Shown here: one piece after another, positions 19,012 through 28,764 of the stretch
How the letters are laid out: every line of letters starts with the position of its first letter
Numbering within the stretch: position 1 is the first letter of the stretch
Assembly (NCBI GenBank): GCA_012798115.1
Contig: JAAZNV010000007.1
Location: forward strand, 25,586 to 89,585
DNA length: 64,000 bases
Source of the DNA: a candidate division WWE3 bacterium
GTDB lineage: Bacteria > Patescibacteriota > WWE3 > UBA101185 > UBA10185
Direction of reading: 5' to 3'
Notes under the pieces: model-generated
Seen by the model: only the letters and a program-made list of their open reading frames with translations
What the model was told of the DNA's origin: nothing
Database searches by the model: none
Program-made: the position numbers and the translations under genes

Positions 19012-19593
19012 ATGGTTAGTAGCGATATTAATCTTATTCCACAAGAAGAAATAATTGTTCAAAAGAAAACAAAAGCTGTGAAAGCAAGCACTTACGTTGC
19101 TCTAGGCGCCCTTGTATTGTCAGCACTTGTATCTTTGTACCTTTTCTTGGCTGCTAAGAGCATAAAAACCCAAATTGCTCAAATAGATGTAGATATAAAC
19201 TCACTAAGAAGCCAAATTTCTAATCTCAGCCAAGTGGAAATATCTGCTAGAAACTTGGATAAGAAATTTAATATTCTACAAACACTTTTTAAAGAAAGAC
19301 CAAGATACTCCCTTCTTTTAGAAGAAATAAAAAACAGAAATCCAGAAGGGCTTTTAGTTGAAAGCATGGATGTTAAATCCGGTCAAGCTACCTTATCTGG
19401 TGTTGCTGGAGATTATATTGCTATTGCTAGCTTTATTAATAATTTAGTGGATAAGAATTTTGAGGGTGGCAATCCTCCTCTTAAGGATGTATTCACTTCA
19501 GTCACATTAAATTCCGTTAATCTTGAAAAATCCACCAACCAAGTAAAGTTTTTTATTGTAGTTAATTTTGATGAAGGTAAACTTAAGCAATGA
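19012..19593 (+). CDS. pilN: PilN
   Basis: INLIP motif, TM helix, coiled coil; follows pilM. Confidence 0.88.
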   Translation: MVSSDINLIPQEEIIVQKKTKAVKASTYVALGALVLSALVSLYLFLAAKSIKTQIAQIDVDINSLRSQISNLSQVEISARNLDKKFNILQTLFKERPRYSLLLEEIKNRNPEGLLVESMDVKSGQATLSGVAGDYIAIASFINNLVDKNFEGGNPPLKDVFTSVTLNSVNLEKSTNQVKFFIVVNFDEGKLKQ

Positions 19594-20411
19594 ACCCCGA
19601 AGAAAAGAAAGAAGAAAAAAGTACGAAAGGACTTAATATAGATACAGAAAAGATTAAAAAAACACTTCTTAACTTTGTTGTTCCTTTGGTAGCTTCTGTA
19701 ATTACTTTATTTCTTTTTGTTCTTGTAATATACCCATCTTTGAAAAAGCTGCCTGATCTTAAGTTGGAGCTATCTAGAAAAGTTAATATGAAGCAAACTT
19801 TGAATACAAAGCTTCAGAGATTAAACAGGTTAGTAGATTTTAAAGTTGTTGTTGATGAAGATTCAGCTTTAGTAAATAGAGTTCTTGTTTCGGAAGAAGA
19901 AGTTCCAAGACTTTTAGATCAAGTAAATCAAATAGCTACAAACTCAGGTATGTCCGTAACAAGACTTAGTTACTCATATGGAAGCATTGGAGCATCCGAT
20001 AAAACACAAAAGATTCCTTACAGCGTTGTATCTGTTTCTCTAGGAGCAGATGCTAATTATGATCAGATTATTTTGCTTATGCAGTCAATTGAAAAGGCTG
20101 CAAGGTTCGTATCGGTTCCAAATTTTAGATATTCTGCTGGAACTTCATCCACAGGAGATAGAAAGTTAACTTCAAGTTTTTCAATTGATTCTCCTTATCT
20201 TTTTGTTCAATCAAGTGCTGTAACTGATGAACCCATTGATCTTGATATATCAAGTCAAAAGTTCATTGATTTTATTAACAATATAAAAGAACTTACATAT
20301 TATGAGTTTGTTAATCCAAATATTGAAGTAGTGAAAGAAGAAGTAGAAGAAACTAAAGAAGAAACAACTACTATTGAGACACAAGAAAGTAGTAGTGAAC
20401 CATCAAATTAA
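19590..20411 (+). CDS. pilO: PilO
   Basis: TM helix plus coiled coil; VPRLLDQV..IA..SG; IEKAARFV; follows pilN. Confidence 0.85.
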   Translation: MNPEEKKEEKSTKGLNIDTEKIKKTLLNFVVPLVASVITLFLFVLVIYPSLKKLPDLKLELSRKVNMKQTLNTKLQRLNRLVDFKVVVDEDSALVNRVLVSEEEVPRLLDQVNQIATNSGMSVTRLSYSYGSIGASDKTQKIPYSVVSVSLGADANYDQIILLMQSIEKAARFVSVPNFRYSAGTSSTGDRKLTSSFSIDSPYLFVQSSAVTDEPIDLDISSQKFIDFINNIKELTYYEFVNPNIEVVKEEVEETKEETTTIETQESSSEPSN

Positions 20412-20417
20412 GTAAGC

Positions 20418-21119
20418 TTACTTTTTCTTAGATTGCTCTTTTCTCCACTTTTTTATTTCTTTATGATTTCCACTTAACAAAACATTTGGGACTTGCAACC
20501 CTTCAAAGTTTTCTGGTTTTGTATATTGGGGGTACTCAACTTGATTGTTATTTCCTAGGGAAAATGATTCTATCTTGGAAGCTTCTTCTTTTTCTAAAAC
20601 TCCAGGTAGTATTCTAGTTACGCTTTCCATGATTGCGAGTGCAGGAATCTCTCCTCCGCTTAAAATATAATTTCCAATGGATATGACATCAGTAGATATA
20701 TAGTCTTCCACTCTAGCATCTATCCCTTCATATCTACCACATATTAGTGTAACTTGTGTACATTTTGATAGTTCTCTAACTTTTTCTTGGTTGTATATAC
20801 TTCCTCTTGGGGAAAGAACAACTATCCTATGTCCTTTCGGCAGGTTCTTTTTGGTAGGATCTTGTATGTATTTTTTCATTACATCCTCCTTATATATTGT
20901 TGTTAATGCCTTGAATATTGGTTCTATCATGAGAACCATTCCCACTCCGCCACCATATGTTTTATCATCAACAGAACCATATTTATTCACGGAAAAATCT
21001 CTTAAATTGATTAATTTATATTCAGCAATTTTTTCTTCAAATGCTTTTTTAAATGGAAGGTTCTTTAAACTTTCTTCGAAAATTTGAGGAAAGAGTGTAA
21101 TTACGTTAAACTTTATCAT
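20418..21119 (-). CDS. trmD: tRNA (guanine37-N1)-methyltransferase
   Basis: VDDKTYGGGVGMV, CGRYEGIDARV, SIGNYILSGGE, LLSGNH. Confidence 0.97.
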   Translation of the reverse strand: MIKFNVITLFPQIFEESLKNLPFKKAFEEKIAEYKLINLRDFSVNKYGSVDDKTYGGGVGMVLMIEPIFKALTTIYKEDVMKKYIQDPTKKNLPKGHRIVVLSPRGSIYNQEKVRELSKCTQVTLICGRYEGIDARVEDYISTDVISIGNYILSGGEIPALAIMESVTRILPGVLEKEEASKIESFSLGNNNQVEYPQYTKPENFEGLQVPNVLLSGNHKEIKKWRKEQSKKK

Positions 21120-21352
21120 TTAACTTCTTCAAGAATTACTTGAATTCTAATGTTATCTTTAATAGCTTTAGCTTTGGCTAAGTTTCTTAGTGCTTTTATT
21201 GTTTTACCTTCTTTACCAATTACTACACCCATATCTTCTTCGGAAACATGAATGGAATATGTGTAAAAATCATCATCTTTTATTTCCGTTACTGCAACCT
21301 CATTAGGTTTAGATGTTATTTCCTTGATTAAGTATTCTAAGAATTCTTTCAT
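21116..21352 (-). CDS. khpA: KH-domain RNA-binding protein
   Basis: DMGVVIGKEGKTIKALR; located between rpsP and trmD. Confidence 0.9.
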   Translation of the reverse strand: MKEFLEYLIKEITSKPNEVAVTEIKDDDFYTYSIHVSEEDMGVVIGKEGKTIKALRNLAKAKAIKDNIRIQVILEEVK

Positions 21353-21361
21353 GTGATTATT

Positions 21362-21757
21362 TTACTTGTTTTCTTCCTTCTTTTCTTCTTTTTGTTCGTT
21401 TGCTTCTTCTTTTGACTGGTCTTCAGCTTTCTCTTCCTTTGTTGTGTTGTCTTTCGTTGCATTTCGTGCTTCTTGATCTTCTTTAGAAGCTTTTACTTTC
21501 TTTGGTTCGTACTTTTTATACTCATACTTCCCTTCAACTAGCTTTTTAACTGCTTCAGTTATTAAAGCTCCTGTTTTTGACCACTTTTCAAACTTTTCTT
21601 TGTTATAAACAAATTCTTGAGGAGAAGTTGTTGGGTTATAACTTCCAATAATATCAACAAATCTCCCGTTTCTTTTGTCACGAGTATTACTCACAACTAT
21701 CTTGTAAGTTGGCAAATTTTTTCTACCTGTTCTTGCTAATCTAATTGTTACTGACAT
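21362..21757 (-). CDS. rpsP: 30S ribosomal protein S16 with charged C-terminal extension
   Basis: VTIRLARTGRK..YKIVV..RNGRF..IGSYNP. Confidence 0.97.
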   Translation of the reverse strand: MSVTIRLARTGRKNLPTYKIVVSNTRDKRNGRFVDIIGSYNPTTSPQEFVYNKEKFEKWSKTGALITEAVKKLVEGKYEYKKYEPKKVKASKEDQEARNATKDNTTKEEKAEDQSKEEANEQKEEKKEENK

Positions 21758-21820
21758 AACTGGTTGATTCTATCAGAAGGTGTTTTAATTGTCTATTCCT
21801 TGTTTTAAGTAAGTACGTAA

Positions 21821-22519
21821 TTACTTTAAAGTATGAATCTTATTTAAAGCTTTTTCTGCAGCATCTTGCTCAGCCTTCTGCTTGCTTTTACCTTCTCCTT
21901 CTCCCCATAGCTCCTTATCAAGATAAACTCCTACTTTAAAGGTTTTTTCATGATCAGGACCCCAAGAATCCAGAATTTTATACAATGGTGTAATACCATA
22001 TCTATCTTGAGCTGATTCTTGAAATAAAGACTTAGCATCTTTATACTCTTCTTTGCTTATCACATCTCCCATCTTATATAAAAGCTCTCTTTCTACAAAT
22101 TCTTTGCACACATCTAATCCTTTTTCTGTATATAAAGCTCCTAGAACAGCCTCAAATGTGTTAGCTAATATATATTCTCTATCTCTTCCTCCTGTTGCTT
22201 CTTCACCATTTGATAGTAACAGCATATTTCCATAGCCTAGTCTTCTTGCTTCTGATGCAATGGAAGGTGTGCAAACAACGGAAGATCTAAAGTTAGTAAG
22301 CTCTCCTTCTGGTGATTCTTTATAATGATTATATAAATACTCAGAAGACAAAAGTTGTAACACAGCGTCTCCAAGGAATTCTAGTCTTTCATTAGATTCA
22401 TTTTTGTACTCTGGGTGTTCATTTAAGTACGATCTATGAGTAAATGCTGTTTTAAACAAATCTTCATTGTTAAGATCTACTTTTAGTATTTCTTTTACTT
22501 TATTAAAATCAAATGCCAT
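21821..22519 (-). CDS. rnc: Ribonuclease III
   Basis: AFTHRSY..NERLEFLGDAVL; C-terminal dsRBD. Confidence 0.97.
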   Translation of the reverse strand: MAFDFNKVKEILKVDLNNEDLFKTAFTHRSYLNEHPEYKNESNERLEFLGDAVLQLLSSEYLYNHYKESPEGELTNFRSSVVCTPSIASEARRLGYGNMLLLSNGEEATGGRDREYILANTFEAVLGALYTEKGLDVCKEFVERELLYKMGDVISKEEYKDAKSLFQESAQDRYGITPLYKILDSWGPDHEKTFKVGVYLDKELWGEGEGKSKQKAEQDAAEKALNKIHTLK

Positions 22520-22598
22520 TTCTTTCTGGGATAAAATCGAAGGATTCTTAATAAAAAGAATACCTCGATTTTTTCTCAGCCTAAATTACTACAGTATA

Positions 22599-22832
22599 TT
22601 ACTGTATGTGCTCTTCTAAAGCATCTACTAAATCTTGTACGGTTATAAAGTTATCAGAGTCTTCAATAAGGTCGACATGAAATATTTCTTCTAGCTCTTC
22701 TAGTATTTCTATTAGCTCCATTTCCCCAATGTTTAGGTCATCTTCAAAATATGACTCAGCATTTATTTCAGACGGCTCCAACCCTGTCTTTTCTGCAATT
22801 ACTTTTTTAACTTTAGGATAATAATCACTCAT
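22599..22832 (-). CDS. Acyl carrier protein-like protein lacking the phosphopantetheine Ser
   Basis: ACP pattern VKKVIAE..F.DDL..ELIE..LEE.F..TVQDLV, but the DSL motif reads GEM. Confidence 0.75.
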   Translation of the reverse strand: MSDYYPKVKKVIAEKTGLEPSEINAESYFEDDLNIGEMELIEILEELEEIFHVDLIEDSDNFITVQDLVDALEEHIQ

Positions 22833-22833
22833 T

Positions 22834-23298
22834 TTATTTTTCCTTTTCTTCTTTTAAAATATTTTCCATTTCCTTAGGCAAGTATTTTTCTACCACTGCT
22901 CCTAACACTCCATTTATGAACTTGTGAGATGTATCGTTCCCAAACTCCTTTGCAATTTCTACAGCTTCATCTATTGCTACCTTTGCTGGTGTTTTCTTAC
23001 CAAATAGTATCTCAAATATAGCAATTCTTAGTATTACTAAATCAATTTTGGCTATTTTGTCAATAGGCCACTCTGGAGCACATTCTTCTATTATCTTATC
23101 TATTTCTATAGAATGTTTCTTGACTCCTTCTACTATTATTTTAGTAAGTTCATCATCATATTCTATCCCTTCAGATTCTAGTATCTCTGTTGATGTTGAA
23201 ACACACTTATCAGTATCTGTTTCTGTAAAAAGCCATGAAAATATAGAAGATAAAGCAAGTTTGCGAGATGTATGCCTAGGATCTGTATCTGATTTCAT
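22834..23298 (-). CDS. nusB: Transcription antitermination factor NusB
   Basis: ILRIAIFE, VAIDEAVEIAKEFG, FINGVLG. Confidence 0.96.
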   Translation of the reverse strand: MKSDTDPRHTSRKLALSSIFSWLFTETDTDKCVSTSTEILESEGIEYDDELTKIIVEGVKKHSIEIDKIIEECAPEWPIDKIAKIDLVILRIAIFEILFGKKTPAKVAIDEAVEIAKEFGNDTSHKFINGVLGAVVEKYLPKEMENILKEEKEK

Positions 23299-23306
23299 TT
23301 TCTTGT

Positions 23307-23447
23307 TTAAATTTCAATAAATTCCTCAACATGAGGTCTTTTATAACCAGTTTTTATCTTCACTGCTCTTACAGCAGCTCTTTTGTAGTGAGAGTTTCTT
23401 TTTCTTCTTACTCTTCCTTTTGATGATCTTCTTTTTGGTACTGCCAT
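23307..23447 (-). CDS. rpmF: 50S ribosomal protein L32 (Zn-free form, 46 aa)
   Basis: Manual translation: MAVPKRRSSKGRVRRKRNSHYK...KRPHVEEFIEI; contains no Cys. Confidence 0.9.
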   Translation of the reverse strand: MAVPKRRSSKGRVRRKRNSHYKRAAVRAVKIKTGYKRPHVEEFIEI

Positions 23448-23534
23448 ATATTTTAATAATAATTATTTCCTAATATTTTACCAACTATTTGAACGGAGTG
23501 AAATATACATATGAATAACTGAGAAGTCAACAAA

Positions 23535-23566
23535 AAACCGTCAAGGGGTGATAATCTTGACGGTTT
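23535..23566 (-). terminator. Intrinsic terminator
   Basis: AAACCGTCAAG/CTTGACGGTTT inverted repeat with flanking A/T runs. Confidence 0.7.
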
Positions 23567-23575
23567 ATTTGTGAT

Positions 23576-23824
23576 TTACCTGAAGGCTGCTTGAATCTCA
23601 GGGATCACTTGATTTGTGTAAATTTTCCGCACCTCAGCATCATCATGGCTTCTTTTCATGACGTTTGCAATGATGCCAATGATAGGAGCTGTTCTCATAA
23701 TTGACACCTTTCCGTTACCTTCTAAGTGAAAGTGTGGAACAACAGCTCTTCTTGATACACCATTTTCACTTACTTCAGCAACGAGGCTTCCCCTTTGATC
23801 TTTGGAAATATTCACACTACACAT
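23576..23824 (-). CDS. Hypothetical protein (82 aa)
   Basis: SD AAAGGAGAG before ATG 23824; followed by its own terminator. Confidence 0.6.
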   Translation of the reverse strand: MCSVNISKDQRGSLVAEVSENGVSRRAVVPHFHLEGNGKVSIMRTAPIIGIIANVMKRSHDDAEVRKIYTNQVIPEIQAAFR

Positions 23825-23903
23825 GCTTGCTCTCCTTTTATTAGTATTGGTTCGTTGTTTATACCACAAATTAAGTTTGTTTGGCAAGCGTTTTAGCGCT
23901 GTG

Positions 23904-24455
23904 TTATAAGGTAAGAAGGGTAAAATAACTCTTTCCAAACTTTCTTTCATCTGCAACTTTTAGATTAGTGCTTATTGTTAGATTCTTTAAATTAAGATTA
24001 TCTCCATGAAAAAAGACAACTATTCCATCTTTGTTTAATATATTTTCTAAGTTGCTTACTAGATACTTGTGTGTTGTGTCTTTGTAGAAAGGATCAATAA
24101 ATACAACGTCGTAATTTCTTGGTGCGTTTACTAAAAACTTAAGAACATCTTTTCTTATAACTTCTGCCCTTTCAATGAATCCACAATTAACTAAATTTTC
24201 TTCTATTACTTGAGTACTTTTAGGGTTGCTATCTACAAAATCGCACCAGTCTGCTCCTCTACTTAATGCTTCAATACCAAGGTTTCCACTCCCGGCATAT
24301 AAATCAAGGCATGTTGCATTATTAATCTTTCCTCCAAGAATGGAAAATAAAGAAGATTTTGCTATTTCTTGCACTGCTCTAAAATCCTCAATGTCAGGGG
24401 ATTTAAGCCTTTTGTTTTTTGCAATTCCTGTGGTTACCCTAATTTCTTTTTTCAT
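23904..24455 (-). CDS. rsmD: 16S rRNA m2G966 methyltransferase RsmD
   Basis: LDLYAGSGNLGIEALSRGA; FIDPFY. Confidence 0.92.
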   Translation of the reverse strand: MKKEIRVTTGIAKNKRLKSPDIEDFRAVQEIAKSSLFSILGGKINNATCLDLYAGSGNLGIEALSRGADWCDFVDSNPKSTQVIEENLVNCGFIERAEVIRKDVLKFLVNAPRNYDVVFIDPFYKDTTHKYLVSNLENILNKDGIVVFFHGDNLNLKNLTISTNLKVADERKFGKSYFTLLTL

Positions 24456-24456
24456 A

Positions 24457-26487
24457 CTAATTTGAGGTTATATACTTACCTTTTCTTTGTGTCAATTTAT
24501 TTTCAAGTTTAGGGTATTTTTTAAGCTTTTGGTAATATTTTTGAGCTTCAGTTTTTGCTTCTTGAAGCATATTTAAATCATTCAAGTTTGCAATCCTTAA
24601 CTTTTTAAAACCATGTTGAGATGCTCCAAAGATGTCTCCTTGTCCTCTCATTTTTAAGTCTATTTCTGCAAGCTCTATACCATTATTTAGTTCCTCAAGG
24701 TATTTAAGTCTTTTATATGAGTTTCTGGAGTTATTGCTCATAAAAGCAAAACAAAAGCCTTCTTTGTCTGATCTTCCTACCCTTCCTCTTAATTGGTGAA
24801 GGCTAGCAAGACCATATCTGTCAGCGCTTTCAATAACAATTACTGTAGCATTGGGAACATCCACTCCTACTTCAATTACAGGAGTTGATATTAATACTTT
24901 AATTTTGCTGTTTTTAAAATCATTGATAGCTTTTTCTTTTTCCTTTGACTTCATCTTTCCATGTAAAAGGCCTACAGATACTCCTTTAAATATGTTATTC
25001 CTTAAGAATTCATATTCAGCTTGAGCTGCCTTGACATTTGCAAGGCTAGAACTTTCTGATTCTTCTATTAATGGACAGACAATAAATGTTTGTTCTCCCC
25101 TATCTTTAATCCATCTATAAGCTTGTTCTCTCATTTTCTCTGGAATAACCTTTGTATTTATTTTTCTTTGTTCAAATGGAAAGTCTTTTAAGACAGATAT
25201 AGCTAAATCTCCATAAAGAGTTAAAGCTAATGTTCTTGGTATTGGAGTTGCTGTCATGGTAAGAAGATGTGGTCTAATACTTCCGTTTACTAGTTCTGTT
25301 ATTTTTCCTCTTTGTTCAACTCCAAATCTATGTTGTTCATCGATGATAATCAATCCGATGTCGTTATATGCATCTTTTGGAAAAAGAAGAGCATGTGTTC
25401 CAACTAATACATCCCATTCTCCACCTTTCCCTTTCTTACTTCCTGTTTCGATTTCTACCTTTACATTTGTTCCTTTTAAGATCTTATTGAATGTATCAAA
25501 ATGTTGATTAGCTAATATCTCAGTAGGAGCCATATACAATGTTTTTAAACCATTTAGGTAACAAACATAAGAAGCAAGTATTGCAAGAATTGTTTTTCCT
25601 GTACCAACATCTCCTTCTAGAAGTCTGTTCATGGGCATTGGTTTTTGAATATCATCTAGTATCTCTTCAAGAGCTTCACTTTGAGATTTAGTAAGCTTAA
25701 ATGGTAAGGAGTTAATTAACTTATTTAATTCTTCATAATACCCTTTTAATTTATGCCCTTTTGATTTTTCTAGCCATTCACTTTTTCTTTTTTCCACATT
25801 TAACAATTCAATAAAAAGTTCCTCAAATTCAAACCTTTTGTAGTTTTCTTTAGCTTGTTCTTCACTATCTGGAAAGTGTACTCTTTCTAATGCTTCTTTT
25901 ACTTCCTTAAAATTCTTTTCCTTCAATAGCTCTTTGGGTAGAAACTCTTCAATATTGGTTTCTGAGTTAAAAAGAAACTTTATTTTAGTTCTTAACCACT
26001 TGGAAGATACTCCTGATGTTTCTGGGTATATAGGAACAAGCCTTCCTGTGTTTATATTTTCTATTCTTTGTTTTTCCTCATCATATACAGCTTCTATTTC
26101 TGGACTAATGAAACATAATTTCTTATCAAATATTGTTACTTTTCCACTTATTAAGTAATTTTTACCAACGTTTAATGTATCTTTTATATAATGTTGGTTA
26201 AACCAAATGAGATTTAGTTCTCCTGTGTAATCCAATATTATTGCTTTTGTTATTCTTTTTCTTCCTCTTGTGTATATATTTTCTATTGACCCTAGTATTG
26301 CTTTTACTGAAATTATGTCCCCTTCCTTTAGATCTTTAATGTTTTTGAACTTAGAATAATCATTGTATCTAAAAGGTAAGTGGTATAAGAGGTCCTCTAT
26401 GGTGTATATGTCAAGATTTTCTAACAGTTTCTTATACTTTGGACCTATTTTAGGTACTGCTGAAATTGGAGATTCTACATTAATCAT
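24457..26487 (-). CDS. recG: ATP-dependent DNA helicase RecG
   Basis: MNRLLEGDVGTGKT, DEQHRFG, TATPIPRT, LHQLRGRVGR. Confidence 0.97.
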   Translation of the reverse strand: MINVESPISAVPKIGPKYKKLLENLDIYTIEDLLYHLPFRYNDYSKFKNIKDLKEGDIISVKAILGSIENIYTRGRKRITKAIILDYTGELNLIWFNQHYIKDTLNVGKNYLISGKVTIFDKKLCFISPEIEAVYDEEKQRIENINTGRLVPIYPETSGVSSKWLRTKIKFLFNSETNIEEFLPKELLKEKNFKEVKEALERVHFPDSEEQAKENYKRFEFEELFIELLNVEKRKSEWLEKSKGHKLKGYYEELNKLINSLPFKLTKSQSEALEEILDDIQKPMPMNRLLEGDVGTGKTILAILASYVCYLNGLKTLYMAPTEILANQHFDTFNKILKGTNVKVEIETGSKKGKGGEWDVLVGTHALLFPKDAYNDIGLIIIDEQHRFGVEQRGKITELVNGSIRPHLLTMTATPIPRTLALTLYGDLAISVLKDFPFEQRKINTKVIPEKMREQAYRWIKDRGEQTFIVCPLIEESESSSLANVKAAQAEYEFLRNNIFKGVSVGLLHGKMKSKEKEKAINDFKNSKIKVLISTPVIEVGVDVPNATVIVIESADRYGLASLHQLRGRVGRSDKEGFCFAFMSNNSRNSYKRLKYLEELNNGIELAEIDLKMRGQGDIFGASQHGFKKLRIANLNDLNMLQEAKTEAQKYYQKLKKYPKLENKLTQRKGKYITSN

Positions 26488-26593
26488 GTTATTATTCTAC
26501 CAATTTTGGGGTTTTCTTATAACCAAAAGGTAGTTTGAGAACTAAATACCTTGATGTACCAAGGCAGGTCAAAACAAATCAAAAGGAGGGTAT

Positions 26594-26953
26594 GTGCTTT
26601 TAGGAACTGTTTTAGGAGGTTCTGCGCTTTATGACCAGAGGTTTGCTCGTTATTGTGATGAGTTGGCTGAAATGTCAGTTTATGCTAATGATAAAAAGTA
26701 CTGGAAAGACTTAAAAGGTCTCGTTAACTCTCTTCTTTTTAGATCCCTTGAACATATAAAAGAAGCATTTAAAGAGTTTAATGAAAGTACTTCTGGTCAA
26801 GAGTCTATTGAGCCCAAGGAAAAAGAAAACTTCTTTTACCACAGTGCTTTAAATTGCTATGTAGTAAGATTGCCGGACTACTCAATGAATAAGAAGTTTA
26901 TTGAATTTTGTTTGGATGGAAATGCTGAAAAAAGAACAACGTGGTTAGTATAA
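26594..26953 (+). CDS. Hypothetical protein
   Basis: SD AAAAGGAGG; open 119-aa ORF. Confidence 0.6.
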   Translation: MLLGTVLGGSALYDQRFARYCDELAEMSVYANDKKYWKDLKGLVNSLLFRSLEHIKEAFKEFNESTSGQESIEPKEKENFFYHSALNCYVVRLPDYSMNKKFIEFCLDGNAEKRTTWLV

Positions 26954-26965
26954 GAGGAGGATTAA

Positions 26966-27256
26966 ATGGCAAAGAGTGCTAGTATCACTTTTATTGCAGA
27001 AAGTGAAAGTAAAGTGTTAAATCTCTTGAAAAAGCACTTTACCAATTCATGTAGGGTTGAAAAAATTGTCAAAGGAGGAGAGATAAAAAATGGTGGAAAA
27101 AAAGGTGTATTTACCTTTTTTTCACCTCCAGAAGAAGCAGAAGATCTTATATCCTTTCTTGATAATGAAGATAGTCATGGAAAAACTATTAATATCACAA
27201 ATTATGATGACTCTGCTTCCAAAAGCTCCATTTGGTACGAGGTAGTGGTTCTATAG
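26966..27256 (+). CDS. Hypothetical protein
   Basis: SD GAGGAGG; followed by a hairpin terminator at 27264-27298. Confidence 0.6.
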   Translation: MAKSASITFIAESESKVLNLLKKHFTNSCRVEKIVKGGEIKNGGKKGVFTFFSPPEEAEDLISFLDNEDSHGKTINITNYDDSASKSSIWYEVVVL

Positions 27257-27322
27257 CATCAACAGACCGCATTCTTAATAAGAAACTGCGGTCTTTTGTT
27301 TTTAATTATATTGATTATATGA

Positions 27323-27460
27323 TTATAAAAGATAAGGTAGTATTGAAGTTAAGATTAAAATGACTGTTGCAAATATTATTACTGCTTTAACTATATTATC
27401 TTTTTTAAACACTCTCCTTACTGATTTTCTTAAGGATTTTTTCTTTTCTTTTAGAGTCAT
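27323..27460 (-). CDS. Small membrane protein (45 aa) translationally coupled to tyrS
   Basis: TAATG stop/start overlap; MTLKEKKKSLRKSVRRVFKKDNIVKAVIIFATVILILTSILPYLL (basic N-terminus plus one TM helix). Confidence 0.6.
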   Translation of the reverse strand: MTLKEKKKSLRKSVRRVFKKDNIVKAVIIFATVILILTSILPYLL

Positions 27461-28680
27461 TACTCAACCTCAAAAAACTTTCTTTTTCCAAATTTAACAA
27501 TTGTTCCTTTAGTAAAGTCTATTAGGATATATGGATCTGTTATCTTGTTTCCATTTACTTCTACCCCGCCTTGTTCAATTACTCTTTTTATTTCGCTTGA
27601 TGATAAGTCTGGATTGTAGACTTTCATAAAGTTAATAAGAGATGCAGGTGTATCAAGTTTAAGTTTGAGAATGTCAACTTTTATAGTGGCATCTTGTGAT
27701 ATATCTTTCTTTTGAATTGTTCTTTCAAAAAATTCCTCAGCTTTTCTTGCTTCCTTTTCACCTTTTATCATTTTTGTAATTTCAAAAGCCATAAGCTTCT
27801 TGTACTTCATTGGATTATCGTCTGCCTTTATTCTTTCTTGTATGTTCCATATTTCTTCAAGAGAAACATCAGTTAAAAGTCTTAAGCCTTTTAATATTAA
27901 TTCATCTGGATAAGACATTGCTTTTCCATATATATCTTCAGCTTTGTCACTTAAATTTATTCCGTTTCCTTTTGTCTTGCTCATGGTAGCAGTATCTGGA
28001 GCTTCCATAAGTTCATGTCCTCTAACAAATTTTTCTTTATTTCTCATTACTCTTGCTAGGTTTCTACCCATTAACATATTAAATATTTGGTCATTTCCTC
28101 CAATTTCAAGATCAACATTCATAAAAACAGAATCATAGCCTTGCATCAATGGATATATAAACTCTTGAAGTCCAACAGGAGTATTGCTTTTTAATTTTCT
28201 TTGGTACAAATCTCTTTCAAGCATTTGTTGTACTGTAGTTTTAGACATAAGTTCAATGATTTCTTTAAGATTAAGTTTAGATAACCATTCTGAATTTCTT
28301 TTGAATTGTGCTGGATTTTCTCCTTCAAAATCAATTAACTGTGCTGCTTGTTTCTTCCACCCATCCATATTTTTTAATATTTCTTCTTCACTCATTATCT
28401 TCCTGTCCTTTCCAATCTCTGGATCCCCGCAAATAGCTGTAAAATCACCAACTAAAAATATTACCTCATGTCCTAGTTGTTGAAGTATTCTCAATCCTCT
28501 TATTCCCATTGCATGTCCTATGTGGAGGTATGGACCAGATGGATCAAAGCCTTGGTAAGCTCTAATTCTTTCACCTGACATTAACTTTTCTCTTAGTGCA
28601 TCTACTGATGGAACTATGGTTTCAACACCCCTAGTTAAGAATTTTTCTATCAACCTTTCGTCTTTTAGAACTTTAGGCAT
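27460..28680 (-). CDS. tyrS: Tyrosine--tRNA ligase, TyrZ-like (probable housekeeping copy)
   Basis: YQGFDPSGPYLHIGH, YPLMQGYD, GGNDQIFN, TMSKT and an S4 domain. Confidence 0.95.
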   Translation of the reverse strand: MPKVLKDERLIEKFLTRGVETIVPSVDALREKLMSGERIRAYQGFDPSGPYLHIGHAMGIRGLRILQQLGHEVIFLVGDFTAICGDPEIGKDRKIMSEEEILKNMDGWKKQAAQLIDFEGENPAQFKRNSEWLSKLNLKEIIELMSKTTVQQMLERDLYQRKLKSNTPVGLQEFIYPLMQGYDSVFMNVDLEIGGNDQIFNMLMGRNLARVMRNKEKFVRGHELMEAPDTATMSKTKGNGINLSDKAEDIYGKAMSYPDELILKGLRLLTDVSLEEIWNIQERIKADDNPMKYKKLMAFEITKMIKGEKEARKAEEFFERTIQKKDISQDATIKVDILKLKLDTPASLINFMKVYNPDLSSSEIKRVIEQGGVEVNGNKITDPYILIDFTKGTIVKFGKRKFFEVE

Positions 28681-28764
28681 GATATGAGTATATCAAGATA
28701 AATAAATGTTTAATAGATACAAAAATGTCCCTACGATTATGATTTAAATCGAGGGACACAAGTT

